Shown here piece after piece: positions 52,051-63,605 of a stretch of DNA of 64,000 nt. Source of the DNA: Octopus bimaculoides (taxonomy: Eukaryota); contig NC_068989.1 of assembly GCF_001194135.2 (NCBI RefSeq), positions 4,015,591-4,079,590 of the forward strand, read 5' to 3'. Under the pieces are notes generated by a model, which ran no database searches, was not told the origin of the DNA, and was given only the letters and a program-made list of their open reading frames with translations. A program made the position numbers and the translations under genes. Position 1 is the first letter of the stretch; every line of letters begins with the position of its first letter.

Positions 52051-52540
52051 ATACGACTTGCTTGCACACAATTTCCGTCTACGCCAGAGGTTCTCAAACT
52101 TTTTGGGCCACTCCCCCCATCATGGCCACATGATACCCCCAGCGCCGCCACCTCTCTTTTTATGTATAAATAAATATTTTATATCTAACTAATATATATA
52201 TATATACTATGAATCATTTGATATTTAATATAATATTATATAATTTGTATACAATACTATAATAATATAATAAATTCATAGCATCCCCCAATTCATTGCC
52301 TTCCTCCCAACGCCCCCTTTTCCTCTACCGCTCCACACCACCCATTTAAACACCAGTGCCCACCTGGACCCTCTCAACGCCCACCGGGGGGCGGTAGCAC
52401 TCACTTTGGGAACATATGGTCTACGCAATTCATTAACAAGGCGTTGGTGAGCCCGGAGCTATATTAGAAGACAGTGAGACTGAACCCAAAATACCATTGC
52501 TGCAAACAAGCTTCCTATACACAACCATATCTGCGCTCTT
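52051..52540 (-). mobile_element. SINE family A 5' half, split by a hAT MITE
   Basis: Removing 52085-52418 and one TSD restores ...tttccgtctacgcaattcattaacaaggcgttggtgagcccggagctatattagaagac, matching the family A core. Confidence 0.7.
52085..52418 (-). mobile_element. hAT (Charlie/Buster-like) MITE, 334 bp, related to 15903-16176
   Basis: Termini CAGAGGTTCTCAAACT and ACTTTGGGAACATATG; perfect 8-bp TSD GTCTACGC at 52077-84 and 52419-26; reverse complement begins ..gttcccaaagtgagtg..ccccggtgggcgttg like the 15903 copy. Confidence 0.88.
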
Positions 52541-52957
52541 GTTTACACATTACGCAAGTCTTATATTTAATCTTTTTTTTTTATCACGTATACACCACGC
52601 ATTTCTTACTTCTCTTATGAACACTTTTTTTTTATATCATGCATAAATCAACAGTTTTTTCAACTTATATCACGTACATCGAAGAAAACTCCTTCTTAGC
52701 ATGTATATCAAGTATTTATCGAGTTTGTTTTTCCACTTCCCACTTCCCTGGCTTGTTTTTATTATAACAGTATTTTTGTGATGTGAAGTAATGTTGAATG
52801 GTCGACGGAGGAGTCACGTCAGGCCTCCTTCAATGTATTTTCATCACCTACCTTCACTTACATCAAATGGTAAGTAATGACAGCGCAAGTGATTGCATAA
52901 GATGATGCGGATGAGGATGGAGTGGAAGGGGATATATATACATATATATATATCTAT

Positions 52958-52992
<35 letters not shown>

Positions 52993-53880
52993 NNNNNNNN
53001 NNNNNNNNNNNNNNNNNNNNNNNNNNNNNNNNNNNNNNNNNNNNNNNNNNNNNNNNNNNNNNNNNNNNNNNNNNNNNNNNNNNNNNNNNNNNNNNNNNNN
53101 NNNNNNNNNNNNNNNNNNNNNNNNNNNNNNNNNNNNNNNNNNNNNNNNNNNNNNNNNNNNNNNNNNNNNNNNNNNNNNNNNNNNNNNNNNNNNNNNNNNN
53201 NNNNNNNNNNNNNNNNNNNNNNNNNNNNNNNNNNNNNNNNNNNNNNNNNNNNNNNNNNNNNNNNNNNNNNNNNNNNNNNNNNNNNNNNNNNNNNNNNNNN
53301 NNNNNNNNNNNNNNNNNNNNNNNNNNNNNNNNNNNNNNNNNNNNNNNNNNNNNNNNNNNNNNNNNNNNNNNNNNNNNNNNNNNNNNNNNNNNNNNNNNNN
53401 NNNNNNNNNNNNNNNNNNNNNNNNNNNNNNNNNNNNNNNNNNNNNNNNNNNNNNNNNNNNNNNNNNNNNNNNNNNNNNNNNNNNNNNNNNNNNNNNNNNN
53501 NNNNNNNNNNNNNNNNNNNNNNNNNNNNNNNNNNNNNNNNNNNNNNNNNNNNNNNNNNNNNNNNNNNNNNNNNNNNNNNNNNNNNNNNNNNNNNNNNNNN
53601 NNNNNNNNNNNNNNNNNNNNNNNNNNNNNNNNNNNNNNNNNNNNNNNNNNNNNNNNNNNNNNNNNNNNNNNNNNNNNNNNNNNNNNNNNNNNNNNNNNNN
53701 NNNNNNNNNNNNNNNNNNNNNNNNNNNNNNNNNNNNNNNNNNNNNNNNNNNNNNNNNNNNNNNNNNNNNNNNNNNNNNNNNNNNNNNNNNNNNNNNNNNN
53801 NNNNNNNNNNNNNNNNNNNNNNNNNNNNNNNNNNNNNNNNNNNNNNNNNNNNNNNNNNNNNNNNNNNNNNNNNNNNNNNN

Positions 53881-53911
<31 letters not shown>

Positions 53912-54067
53912 GAATAAATATATAAAAGCAGCAGCAGATGTGTTAGGAGACAACAACCTCCTAAGTAGACCGAATGCAGATATGAGTAGCATACGGGAAC
54001 CGGTAGTAAAGAAGGATAAGAAAATATTAGATTTATAAGCCCTAAAATTCGCTCCCTAATTGGCCTC

Positions 54068-54266
54068 GGGCATATGGCGTAGTGGTTAAGAACGCGTGCT
54101 ACTGATCCCAAAATTTCGTGTTCGATTCCAGGCAGTTACCTTAATAATAATAATAATAATAATAACATCGAAATATACCTTAGGAATAAGAACCCGGGTT
54201 CGAAATTTCCCCATGATACCTGATGAAGGTTGGAGGGTATATGAACCGAAACGTTCTGGGAATGTC
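54068..54266 (+). mobile_element. Composite short element: tRNA-derived head, (TAA)n, and tail with a hammerhead-like core
   Basis: A box tggcgtagtgg (54075-85), B box gtgttcgattcc (54118-29), (TAA)n 54142-64, then CTGATGA-aGGTT...AACC-GAAAC at 54220-52. Confidence 0.6.
54220..54266 (+). ncRNA. Hammerhead-ribozyme-like core
   Basis: Exact CTGATGA and GAAA boxes with a 4-bp stem II; possible stem III ACGTT/AATGT ending in GTC; stem I not formed locally. Confidence 0.45.
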
Positions 54267-54960
54267 TAGTTTTGATGGTTCTCGACTCTGTTTTTTACAG
54301 TTTTTTTACAAATTTCTATGCTTTTTTTATGAACTTGCAGGTTACCACATAACGTCCGAGAATTATGTGCATTGACCATTTGGTCAGTAAACCACAAATC
54401 TGCCCAGCTGTTAAAGATGAATCGACAAACATTGCGAAGCAAAACTCTTTTCTCTGGTAGAAGAATAAATGCCAAAAGAGCTTATTGCTCGAGNNNNNNN
54501 NNNNNNNNNNNNNNNNNNNNNNNNNNNNNNNNNNNNNNNNNNNNNNNNNNNNNNNNNNNNNNNNNNNNNNNNNNNNNNNNNNNNNNNNNNNNNGAACGAC
54601 CCGTCTGTTTTAACACAGGGCGTGACCGAGCATTGCACACACTCACACACATACATACACATACACACACACACACACGCACTCACGTGTGTTTGTGTGC
54701 CTGTGTGTCTGTGTGTATGTCTATGTGTCTGTGTATGTCTGTGTGGGTGTGGGTGTGTTTTCATATTCTGTTATAATAAAATCAAATTTTACATTAATGT
54801 GATGTGCTACTCTGTACTTTTGTAGAGTTTAAAGTTTATAATTCTTAAAAAAGAATGTTGGCAGTGACTTCAAAGTTTAGACTCGCTATGCCAACGTCGG
54901 ATTATGTTTATACACGCACGCACATACACACACACACACACACACATACAAATATATATT

Positions 54961-55325
54961 TTATTCTTTCATTCTTTATTTGTTTCAGTCGTATGACTTC
55001 GAATATGCTGGAACACCATACTTTAGTGGAAAAAGTCGACGCCAGGACTTATTCTTTCTAAGCCTGGTCGCTTTTGCCGAACCGATAAGTCAAAGAGACG
55101 TAAACACATCAGTATCGGTTGTAAGCGATGGCAGGGCGACAAACACAGACACAATAACACACACAAAAATATATACGACAAGCTTCTTTCAGTTTCCGCC
55201 TACCAAATCCACTTTGGTCGGCTCGAGGCTATAGAAGAAGACACTTGCCCAAGGGTGCGACGAAGAAGGCCTCAACCCGCTATCATGCGGTTGAGAAGCA
55301 ATATTTCTATACATTTTATATATGC
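54961..55325 (-). mobile_element. SINE family A, near full length
   Basis: Reverse complement is colinear with the 16246 copy (tail, ccaggacttattcttt..agcct, cttttgccgaacc, ttctttcagtttccgcctaccaaatccac, agaagacacttgcccaagg). Confidence 0.85.
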
Positions 55326-55329
55326 CTAT

Positions 55330-55490
55330 AGTAATGTGGCTAAGAAGCCCACTTAACAACAACATGGTTTCAGGCTGAATGTAACTGCGTGGTACCTTGG
55401 TGTAGTTTCTTGTAGTACAGCCTTGGGACGACGAATGCTTTGTCTGAATTTGAGAGATAGAAACTGCATGCAGGCCCGACTAACAGCACA
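55330..55490 (+). mobile_element. SINE family A 5' half, divergent
   Basis: tgtggctaagaagc..aacaacatggtttcaggc..actgcgtggtaccttgg..cagccttgggacgac..gatagaaactg. Confidence 0.65.
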
Positions 55491-56157
55491 TATGAATGCG
55501 CGTGCGGGCTATTTGCGTGTGTGTGCGTGTGTAAATGTGTGTTTGTGTATCTTGTGTATATATATAGTTATACACAGCAAATAAATTTAAAACAATCACT
55601 CCATTGGCTTGCGCAGTTTGTTATCCATTATGTTACAAGAAAAATTTAGGGTGGTCACTGCATAGAGGTTTTTGACCTTAGGCGCAATTGTTCCAAGTTG
55701 GCTTGGCATTACGTAACAACACAACCTGAAGCACAATGAACAATATCATTAACTCGTTTATGGATGCTAAGAAATTTCGCCAAATGTAGCATACACACAC
55801 ACGCACACGCGCACACACACATACATATACATATATCTATGCGCCTGCTATTATTGGTTGGTGTAATTCTTGAATGTTTTCTGAAATACAACACATATTT
55901 GGAACCTCGCAACGCAATAATCCGTTCTGTTGTATTAATTGCTTTAGCAGTGATGTATTTGTAATCGATGTTAGCAGATTGTATTTCTTTCTACTTCATT
56001 AGTCTAGACACACATTAAGTCCAATAGTTTAAAATGGAATGAATCAGTGTTCAGAATATTAACGAAAAGTACACGATGCATGCTCAACAACGACGACTTC
56101 AACAACTAACACAAATCAAAATCTTAATGGAAAGTAATAACAACAACAACAACAACA

Positions 56158-56376
56158 ATAATCCTTTCTACTATAGGCAGAAGACCTGGATTTTGTGGTA
56201 AAGGAGACAATCGATCGCATCTACCCCAGTGTTTCACTGGTACTTAATTTATCCACCCCGGAAGGATAAAAGACAAATTCGACCTCGGCGGAATTTGAAC
56301 TCAGATCATAGCGACGGGTGAAATACCGCTAAGCATTTCGTCCAGCGCGCTAACGAGTCTGCCAGATCGCTGCCTT
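56158..56376 (-). mobile_element. SINE family B, full length
   Basis: Minus strand: aaggcagcgatctggcagactcgttagcgcg head, B box gagttcaaattcc, central module, tail gtagaaaggattattgttgtt. Confidence 0.88.
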
Positions 56377-56395
56377 TATAATAATAATAATACTA

Positions 56396-56655
56396 ATTGA
56401 CGATAACGACGTGAACAGGACTGGAACAAATGTTGAAGGTGCCGCACCCGGCAGGCGCCCCAGTGTGCAACCCGGTCGTAATCCAGCAAATGTTAGCCAT
56501 GCTACAACACATAAGTGGAGTAAACAAGTAAACATGATGGTTATGGAGGGTTACTACAATTGTTTGCGAATGACGTGCCTGTCAGAGGGTACAGTGAATG
56601 AAAGGTAATGGAATCGTTTGAAATTACTGAACATATATTATGTGACCAACCAAGA
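56396..56655 (+). mobile_element. R4/Dong-like LINE 5' end (ORF N-terminus)
   Basis: KWSKQVNMMVMEGYY, then after a frameshift VRGYSE and FEITEHILCDQPR; resembles the R4/Dong N-terminal KW...N..VMECYY...GYR.RM...E.TEQRL.DQ.R pattern. Confidence 0.6.
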
Positions 56656-56740
56656 GTACCGGGCTCAAATCATTCAATTAAAAGCCTTCAAGGCGGTGCC
56701 TCAGCATGACCGCAGTCCAATGACTGAAAGAATTAAAAGG
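56655..56740 (+). mobile_element. SINE family A-type 3' tail fragment
   Basis: aaggcggtgcctcagcatgaccgcagtccaatgactgaaag matches the A tail. Confidence 0.7.
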
Positions 56741-57090
56741 AAACAGACAGTCCAAACTGTACAAATGGACTCGCCTTAGTTTTAAGAGAAAGAAAACATT
56801 TCAACTTCTATCACCAATTAAATGCTTAGGAAGTTCAAGCGGGTGATATAATGCGATTATTGCTCCAACATTTGCGACATTTCCACAGATACTTCCGTAA
56901 GTATCCGCGATAACTACTACAAAGAGAGGCTCAAACTGATTGGCATGAATCCACTCGGCCAACAAGGACAACCACTGACCCACAGAACAGCTTTCGTATT
57001 TTTTCTACATTTGTAGATGAACCTTAGCGGTTTCCCTTTTCGTAGTTGAATCTCCTCTGTCATTTTCACTCAGGTATTCTCGGCTAGTTA

Positions 57091-57300
57091 AGGTGCGTAG
57101 CCTAGTGGCTACGTGTGCTACACTCACAATCGTAAGGTCGTGCTTTCGATTTCTGAACCAAGCGGTGTTTTGTATTCTTGAACTGACTCATTTCACATCG
57201 TTCCAGCCAACCCAGCTGTAATCGTGTAACTCTGTGATAGACTGGCGTCTCTGTCAGGGGAAATATTTTCATCGCAGCCATGCCGTAAAAACTCGAAACG
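57091..57300 (+). mobile_element. SINE with family C-like head and a different tail
   Basis: aggtgcgtagcctagtgg..ctcacaatcgtaaggtcg..ttcgattt head; tail ctgtgatagactggcgtctctgtcagggg. Confidence 0.6.
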
Positions 57301-57533
57301 GCCATTTTAACTCCTAATACTCGAAACAGTAATGTCGAAGGGGACTTAACTTTCTTACTCCCGACTGACGTGTGCCTCCTCTTCTTGTCACCTACATTGC
57401 TTTCCTCAACCTGCAGTTGATTAAGTTAATCCCAATGTTAAAACGCTGCGTATTTACCGATCACAGCGGAATTCGATTTCAGAAAATATATGACCGTTAG
57501 TAAAATACGATACACAGTTTTCTTCGATGCTTT

Positions 57534-57856
57534 GGCATCTCCGTCAGTTACGACAATGAGTGTTCTAATTGATTCGATCATCGGAACATCCAGCGCGTGA
57601 AATTAACGTGCAAGTGGCTAAGTACTCCATAGACACGCGTAACCTTAACATAGTTCTCAGAGAGATTCCGAGACACAGGATAGAACAAGTCTGGTCCTTC
57701 GAATTACATATAGAACTCCAATTTTGCCAGCTGAGTCAACTGAAACAACGTGAAATAAAGTGTCTTGCCCAGGGACACAATGAACCGTCGGCTATCGAAC
57801 TCATGACTTTAGGATCATGATCCGAATACCCTAATTAGCAAGCTACGCGCCTTCAC
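57534..57856 (-). mobile_element. SINE family C, near full length
   Basis: Reverse complement colinear with 5872-6190. Confidence 0.85.
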
Positions 57857-58989
57857 CTCCGATGCTCTAATTATTCTGTGAATCCGCCTTTGGAAATGAC
57901 CTTAAGCTACACTGTGAAACTATAACTAATATGATAAAAATGTTTTGACCTGTTTTGCCGATTCTGAATAAATATAGGGCTGGAGTTTGGCCAAGATTCT
58001 AAAACGCTGTAAAATTACAAGCCAGTCTGACAACATCACTATCAATAACCCGACTACTTCTCCAATATCCGGTAAATAATATTGAATATAGCTAAGGATG
58101 GCCGACAACTCGTTCTATGACGATGATTGTAATAAGAAACACATATCCAGCGAATATTACACTAGAATGAACAATATGTAGGAGTCGGTGCTCTTCATAT
58201 GCAATAAAACAATAGCCCTTTCATGTCTGCGCTGTACCAGCAGTAATACTAATTTTGGGGCACGAAAACAGTATAGGCACTTCTAGGAAAACGTGTGATA
58301 TGCTAGAAATAGCAGTCACATTTCGCTCGAATCACATTCGTTCATGTTGAAATATGAAGAGCATATTGAATAATGTAATTCCAGATATATAATGTTTACA
58401 TACGAATGCGTAATGATAGTTTGAAATGTTTTTCATCATAGGTCTGCTTGAGATGAATTGAGCCACATACCAACAAGCAACTACATGCTCAGTCACATCG
58501 ACAGAAAGAAAAAAAGATAGAGAGGGAGAGAGAGAGAGAAAACATTAAAAAAAGCATTAAAACGAGAGAAACATTAAAATGCTGGATATCAAGTCAACGT
58601 CGAATCTGCGACGCCAAATTGGTGGCACCTAAACTGCTATGCCAAAACGTCTCATATCTCAGAAATTTCCACATCTTTGACGAAATGATCATAGCTGTAA
58701 CTCTCTTGTTCATAGATTTACTCATTTAAAATTCCTGACATTAAACAATAATAACCACATCAATAGGCGGTGGAGCTTTGCCTGATCATTCGTGGGAAGA
58801 AATAACAGCAAAATATTTTGAAAAAAGATGAGAACTTTATACGATCTTCCATACATTATGCACAACAAAGAGGAATAAACGGTTCTGAAACGTCTTGATT
58901 ATTGGTATGTTCTGTCGAGCTGAAATCTATACTAAATATAAACAAATATTGCTCGTTCGAGTAATATTGGCTGAGAGCAATCAGATTGT

Positions 58990-59480
58990 TATTTTAGTTG
59001 CAAATAGAAAAGATGACATTGCTGCTGCAATATAAGAGAAAGAAGACAGATCTGACGGGTGATGAGCAGTGATATCACTAGTTGTTTTATGATCAGGAAT
59101 AGCTCGGGTAAAATATCCTGGTTTCCTAGTCTGTTGTTATATGGAGTGAATCTCTATATTATTGGGCACACCCAAAGATTCCAAAGGAATTCAAGAAAGA
59201 AATGGAGTCCACTTTGTGTTTCGATTACCATGATGATAATATCTACTCTTGAAGTAATTTGCTGTGAGTTCCTCAAAATTCTTTCGATATCATCAGGTGG
59301 GGTAAATGTTTTGTATAATAAAACGCTTTAGGAGTGAAACAACCACTTAAGCGGACAAACTGAGAGGTTCCTGCCGTTACAAGGTTTTATACTTTGAAGT
59401 AGGAGCTATGAGGATACAAGTTTTAACTTGCACAATGTTATCTTGACAAGAATGGCAAACTTCAATGTTGTAATCGTTGA
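58990..59480 (-). mobile_element. Possible CR1/L2-type LINE apurinic endonuclease remnant
   Basis: NIY.PP-DDIERIL...SRVDIIIM, FLEFL, FTP...GNQDILPELFL and HPSDL echo IYRPP / IIIMGDFN / PTR..N.LDL.L / SDH motifs; decayed. Confidence 0.4.
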
Positions 59481-59798
59481 AATGATTTTTATATGTTGTG
59501 GGTAGATGTGAAATCTTCCTTAATTACGAGCAGAAAGTTTCTGGCTTCATTATTTAAACATATATAGAAAGGCAAATTAACCAGGATACCTTATTCTTCT
59601 TCGTTTTATATAACGTGACGTATTTTCTTCGCATAAGCTGGATGTTTTCGATATTTTGAATAAAAGCAGGAAATTGTTAAAATTACCTTCGCTTAAATAT
59701 AGATCGGAAATGCGCCTTCATGCGCCAGCTGCAAGACAGACAGCTACATAGAAGCCTAAGTACGTAGCTAGCTATGTATCTACCAGACAGACAGATAA

Positions 59799-59799
<1 letters not shown>

Positions 59800-59860
<61 letters not shown>
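59800..59860. repeat. (TAGA)n microsatellite
   Basis: Direct reading. Confidence 0.95.
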
Positions 59861-59861
<1 letters not shown>

Positions 59862-60960
59862 CGCGTGGTTGTAGGCATGTATATGTATATGTATCTCCCG
59901 CTGATGTATATTGGCTAAGAATTTAAATATTAGTGAACAATCGCTGTTCTTCAAACGATGTTTCTTGCACTGAATTACACTCCATTACAAACTTGTAATT
60001 ATAACGTTATAGATCACATCTGTGATGTAAATTAGATTATAACATCATGCACTTAGTTCCCTGAATAGAGGGTACTGGGGAATTTTCTCTGCAACAGTGG
60101 ACGAATACCTGCACCGTTAGATGTCCAGCAGATTTGATTATCACTTCGAGATTATAAAATATGGAGAAAGCAACGCAGAATGAAGCTCGTTTTTTTTTTT
60201 TTCTCTCTCACTTCTGTTTCTTTTCTTTTTTCTTAAGATTTATAATTTAATATCCTTGTAAGGTACGCATGCAAGAAAAAGGATAGATATCAACACTTAC
60301 ACATTTACTTCTCTTGGAATATTCTCATGCATCCTCGATATTTTGCGCGGTTTATTTGTACCGTGTTGTTGAAATATTTTGAAATATTTTGATTATTGGC
60401 TCATGCAGAACCTATATTTCTGGCTTGTTCCAATTCTTAATATCCAAACTTTTCGCTTCTTCTCGTACAACGGATCAGTTTTCTGGACCAAAATTTTATT
60501 GAACAAACTGATTCTATCCATAATCATCCGTTTGTAATTTTCGTGATATTCTTTTCAGAAGTGTTGGATTCCCTATATTCTGATACCATTTAGAGAGCAG
60601 GATGACATTTAAAGGAAATTAGACTGTCATGTGTTGCAGATGCGGTTATGCTACGTAGCGGTCGCTTCCTCGTTGATCCGAGATGCACTTCGTTGTTTAA
60701 CTACGGAACTTAATATCTCAGAAAAGATACGACTACTGCTCTGATTAATAAATACCAGTCTTTTAAAAGAACTTTTCTAAATGTTCAGCATATAAGACGG
60801 CTGAAACAATCAACCAAATATGTTTATATGAGCACGAACATGAGTTAAGATATACATAAGAGCGCGAACGCGCGCACACGCAAGCACACACACACACACG
60901 GACGCACACACACACATACATGCAATCGCTAGCGTGCGTGCATGCAAATGTACACACACC

Positions 60961-61018
<58 letters not shown>

Positions 61019-61645
61019 NNNNNNNNNNNNNNNNNNNNNNNNNNNNNNNNNNNNNNNNNNNNNNNNNNNNNNNNNNNNNNNNNNNNNNNNNNNNNNNNNN
61101 NNNNNNNNNNNNNNNNNNNNNNNNNNNNNNNNNNNNNNNNNNNNNNNNNNNNNNNNNNNNNNNNNNNNNNNNNNNNNNNNNNNNNNNNNNNNNNNNNNNN
61201 NNNNNNNNNNNNNNNNNNNNNNNNNNNNNNNNNNNNNNNNNNNNNNNNNNNNNNNNNNNNNNNNNNNNNNNNNNNNNNNATATATATATATATATATATA
61301 CAGATTATAAAGATATATATATTTATTTGAGTGGGTATTTGTGTATATACAGTTAGTAGATGTTATCTGAATTTTAATGGAAGAATTTCGATTCTACGTT
61401 GAAGCCTAGCTCTTTGAAGAATTAAGCAAAAGATACTAAATTCCTATACACAAACAGCTCTATGTGCGTGCATAGGTACAGATAGTTATCCATGCGTGTG
61501 TGTGAGCGCGACTACTCCTAAGTACTTTTAGATATGCATTTATATAGAAAGAACAGATAAATAGAATCGATAATATATTGCCATCAACACACACGCACAA
61601 ACACGGGTGTATGTATGTGTATCAATATATGTTTTTATGTCGAGT

Positions 61646-61842
61646 AATAAGCTTTTCTACTATAAGCACAAGGCCTGGAGTTTTTGAGGAGTGGGCAAGT
61701 GGATTTCTTTGACTCCGGTGATCAACTGGTATTCATTTTATCAACCCTAAAAGCATGAAATGCAAAGTCGACGTCGGCGGAATTTGAACTCAGAACGTAA
61801 AGTAAAGCCGGAAAAATTACTGCTAAGCATTACGTCTGGCGT
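61646..61842 (-). mobile_element. SINE family B, divergent
   Basis: ttttctactataagcacaaggcctg...gcaaagtcgacgtcggcggaatttgaactcagaacgt...ctgctaagcattacgtctggcg. Confidence 0.8.
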
Positions 61843-62392
61843 ACCATCTGTTGATTGATAATAAACTTTTAGCATTAAGCCGGTAAATCACTCAAAACAT
61901 TTGTAGATTGCTTATTTATTGTATTTTTACCGGAAGAGGTTTGACTATGACTTCGAAGTTCCGGCATGCTTGTCTTCACTGGCGTGTCTGACGAAAACAA
62001 AGTGGCCGAAACTTCGAAGACATGGTCACAAACTTTTTGTAAAAGCCGTGTTTATGTATGTGTTTGTGTAAACATATATATGTAGATATATTTGAGAGAG
62101 AGAGAGAGAAAGAGAGGGGGTGCGAAATGAGAGAGGGAAAGAGATCTACAGAATACTTCTGCGCTGTTACCCTTAGTATAGTAACAATGGTGAGCAAGAG
62201 GAATGATGCTGAACAGCCAAATAAAGAATTCCATCGTGTTTTTTTTTAACATCTTTTCTTGACCTCGTCGTAGAAATTATACCGTTTTAAATAAGAAAAG
62301 CACAAATTACATAATTAATGACCTGTAGGAACATCGTACTTCGTTACGCAACCCCATAATGCACTACCAATTATATTAAACGTTTTTATAAG

Positions 62393-62526
62393 TCAGCACT
62401 CACAAGGCATTTGCCAGTCTGGGCCTATATTAGAAGATATTTGCCGAAGTTGCCACGCTGTGTGGTGTGGTTGAACCCGAAATCTCATTACTGCAAAGTT
62501 AGCTTCTTAGCGACACAGCCACGCCT
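62393..62526 (-). mobile_element. SINE family A, 5' half
   Basis: cactcacaaggcattt..ctatattagaagatatttgccgaagttgccacg..ttgaacccgaaa..cttcttagcgacacagccacgcct. Confidence 0.7.
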
Positions 62527-62920
62527 AGGACCAGGTGTAACAATGCTCAGCTAGTAATTTGTCTTCATTTTCCTTCTTTTATTTCCCACCTTCATTCTTT
62601 TCCAATTTCGTTTCGTTTCTTTCATTTGGCTTAAATTTCTTTCGTTTTGTTTCTTCCTCTTTCGTTTCCATCTCCTTCTCCACACTCTTTCTCTTCATTC
62701 TCCTTCTTCGTCGACGTTCCTCCGCGTTGGACAAAACGTTTTGACATACTTAATTACAGCCCCTTGAATTCAAAATTCAAATCTCACCGAGGTCACTTTT
62801 GTCTTTTATCCCTCGTGGGGTTTATAAACTAACACACCAGTCAAGTACTAGGATTAATATTACCGACTGATTACTTCCTCTCAACATTCCCGACGAAGTG
62901 CCAATTTTAGAAATCATATT

Positions 62921-63130
62921 TATCTCTTTATTGCCCACAGGGGGCTAAACATAGTGGGGATAAGCAAGGAGAGACAAAGGGATTAAGTCGATTACATCGA
63001 CCCCATTGCGTAACTGGTACTTATTTAATCGACCCCGAAAGGATGAAAGGCAAAGTCGACCTCAGCAGCAGACGATATACCGCTAAGCATTTCGCCTGGC
63101 GCGCTAACGATTCTGCCAGCTCACCACCCT
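62921..63130 (-). mobile_element. SINE family B variant with alternative tail and internal deletion, flanked by an 18-bp TSD
   Basis: Direct repeats AATTTTAGAAATCATATT (62903-20) and AATTTTAGAAATTATATT (63131-48); the B-box segment present in other copies is missing near 63063. Confidence 0.85.
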
Positions 63131-63149
63131 AATTTTAGAAATTATATTA

Positions 63150-63513
63150 TCATTATTATTATCATTGCCATTATTATTATTATTATTATCATCATCATCA
63201 TCATCATCATCATCATCGTCATTATTATTATTATTATCATTATTATTATTATTATTATTATCATCATTATTATTATTATTATGTTTGACTTTTGTTTTGC
63301 ATTTGTACAAGTTGGATCCAAGTCTCACCCAGAGACCTCAAGAGACAACAAGTTAGAAGTTCATGTAGGTGTTATGCCTAGGGTACCATATATTTGGATT
63401 TGTACAGTTTTGTTCAAGTGAATGTTTAAGAAACCATAAGAAAATTATGTGTTTGCTTTAAAATTTGAGATCACATAGACAGTATTTTACGTAGGATATG
63501 GGCAGTTCCCATG
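63150..63513 (-). mobile_element. R4/Dong-like LINE 3' terminus: last codons, 3' UTR and (TAA)n tail
   Basis: Minus strand MGTAHILRKILSM* (63512-63471), resembling the GTAHILRK.LS* C-terminus of this clade, then ~190 nt of UTR, then a (TAA/TGA)n tract. Confidence 0.7.
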
Positions 63514-63534
63514 NNNNNNNNNNTGAACAAAATA

Positions 63535-63538
<4 letters not shown>

Positions 63539-63603
<65 letters not shown>
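63539..63603. repeat. (TTA)n microsatellite
   Basis: Direct reading. Confidence 0.95.
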
Positions 63604-63605
<2 letters not shown>

